Origin: an uncultured Methanomicrobiaceae archaeon
GTDB taxonomy: Archaea > Halobacteriota > Methanomicrobia > Methanomicrobiales > Methanoculleaceae
NCBI GenBank assembly: GCA_963826525.1
Contig: CAWGXH010000003.1
Coordinates: forward strand, 224,001-288,000
Length of the DNA stretch: 64,000 nt
Direction: 5' to 3'
The notes below the pieces were generated by a model. That model was given only the letters and a program-made list of their open reading frames with translations, had not been told where the DNA came from and made no database searches. A program made the translations under genes and the position numbers. Position 1 is the stretch's first letter. Each line of letters starts with the position of its first letter. Of this stretch, positions 62,369 to 64,000 are shown in pieces.

Positions 62369-64000
62369 TCAGCTCTGCTGTGCGGCTTTTCGAAGCGTGA
62401 ACCGGAACGCCGCCCCATCCTCGGGGTGGCCGGCCGCCCGGTCGTCGACCCAGACCGTCCCGCCGTAGCGCTCGACGAGGATCTGCACGAGGTAGAGGCC
62501 GAGCCCTTCGCCGACGCCTCGCTTCTGCTGTTCGTACCGGTGAAAGATCGCATACTTCTCATCGTCCGGCACGCCCGGGCCGGTATCCTCGACCGAGACC
62601 AGCACCTCATCGCCCCGCTCCTCGACCCGGACAGCGATCTCGACGTCGGGACCACCGTGCTTCACGGCATTACCGATGAGGTTGTCGAAGATCACGGAGA
62701 GAAAATCGTCAGCCAGAACCTGTGAGTGCACCTCGTCATAGAGGATTGTGCTGCCCGGGAAGTCTGTCGTCGCCTCCCTGACCACTGCATCGAGATCCAT
62801 CGGTTTGAGCCCGGACGACGCCCGGTAAATCCGGCGGATGGTAGAGACCGTCTTCAGAATTTCGATACTCCTCCGGACGCTGCGCTGCAGTTTCTTTGCG
62901 TATCCGACCTCCTCCCCCATCCCCTGCAGGCTGTCGATTAAGAGGTCGGCGTAGAGGTTCGAAACGTTCTCGGTATTGCCGATGTCGTGGGTCAGGATGT
63001 CCAGGTAGAGGTTCGCCTCCCGGTTCGTTGTTTCCAGATCGCGGTGAAGCCGGGTGAGTCTCTTCGGTGTGACGTACGAGTGCCTCTTCGGCCCGTTTGC
63101 GGTCGGTGATATCCAGGAAAACGGCGGCAAATTGCCCGATGGAGGGACTGAATGCGTTTACCTGATACCATCGATCGAGGGCTTTTGAGAAATTCTCAAA
63201 TTGAGCAGGTTCACCGGTACACGCGACGTGCCCATACTTCTCAATCCAGAAATTTTCAGTCTTCGGTAGTGCCTCGCGGACGGTCTTACCTATGAGCGCT
63301 TCCCGTTTCAGGCCGGTTAACCGTTCAAACCCGGGATTCACATCGAGGAACCGGTAATCGTAGGGGTTTCCGGAATCGTCGCAGAGGATCTCGTGAAGAG
63401 CGAATCCTTCACCCATCGAGGTGAAAAGGTGTCGATACTTCTCCTCACTTTTCCGTAAGGCTTCTTCGATCCGCTTGCGTTCGGTGATGTCGATGACGAT
63501 TCCTATATAGCGTATGGGCTTTCCGCTTGTGTCCCGCAGGGGGCGCCCGCGGGACATCAGCCATCGCACTCTGCCGCTCTCTTCCGGCACGCGGTATTCG
63601 AAGTTGAGCTCCAGACCTTTTCTGGCCGCCTCCTGGACAGTCTTCTCCGTTATCTCGCGATCGTCCGGATGGATGGAGGTGCGCCAGGCATCGTATGAGG
63701 GTTCACAATCGTGGGGCTGCAGGCCGAAGAGCTGCCATAGTTTCTCTGACCATATGTTCCTGTTGGTGGTCAGATCCCATTCCCACATGCCTGCATCCGC
63801 CGAGTCGAGGGCCAGCCGCAGGCGCTGCTCGCTGAGACGTAGCGACTCCTCCAGTCTCCTGCGTTCACTATCAGCCAGCCTGAGTTCCGCATTCTCCCGC
63901 CGAAGGGCATCGTTCTCTGCCTGAACCTTTTGCATTCGCTCGCGAACAAGCCGTTCCACTTCGGCGAAGATATCCTGCGTCTCCTCGTCGCTGCCGGGGG
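62369..64000 (-). CDS. PAS-PAS histidine kinase (frameshift near 63060; start just outside window)
   Basis: ORFs 62736-63959 + 62369-63130; YLDILTHDIGNTENVS, QQKRGVGEGLGLY; paralog of 35852-37537. Confidence 0.88.

Noticed and set aside
3851-63130. About 20 frameshifted genes read as mass pseudogenisation or programmed frameshifting
   Set aside because: Single-base indels, often in homopolymers, hit unrelated genes while both halves stay conserved and no common slippery motif is visible; this best fits long-read error.

Overview
GC-rich archaeal chromosome segment from a hydrogenotrophic methanogen, most consistent with Methanomicrobiales (Methanoculleus-like). Evidence: mmp10, a FilR1-like regulator, an FmdE-family gene, a CCA-less tRNA and characteristic kinase families. 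Roughly 20 genes are split by single-base indels, often in homopolymers, which looks like unpolished long-read error rather than true decay. Left end: an ercA-like Fe-ADH coupled to an ErcS-like PAS sensor, a candidate structured RNA, and a small tRNA-Thr-adjacent island (DUF2164, a type IV TA-like pair with a 2x43-bp operator array, an hsdS remnant). Most of the window is a signal-transduction region with 10 histidine kinases, 2 HisKA-only PAS proteins and only 2 receiver domains. Its core is a co-oriented block: CheB-CheR fusion > PAS kinase > PAS kinase > kaiC-kaiB-kaiB > multi-PAS kinase. The kai-linked kinase is a mosaic sharing a coiled-coil/PAS module and a near-identical transmitter with the CheBR-linked kinase. 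This suggests a Kai oscillator wired to a methylation-adaptation module in an archaeon, the best candidate for a new system here. Also present: a Dph6-like ligase translationally coupled to a glutamine amidotransferase, a stress-like PRC-barrel/hemerythrin cluster, glnA, eno, a three-copy dispersed non-coding repeat, and an ArsR-controlled ArsP/thioredoxin/Cys-rich microprotein cluster with twin operators.
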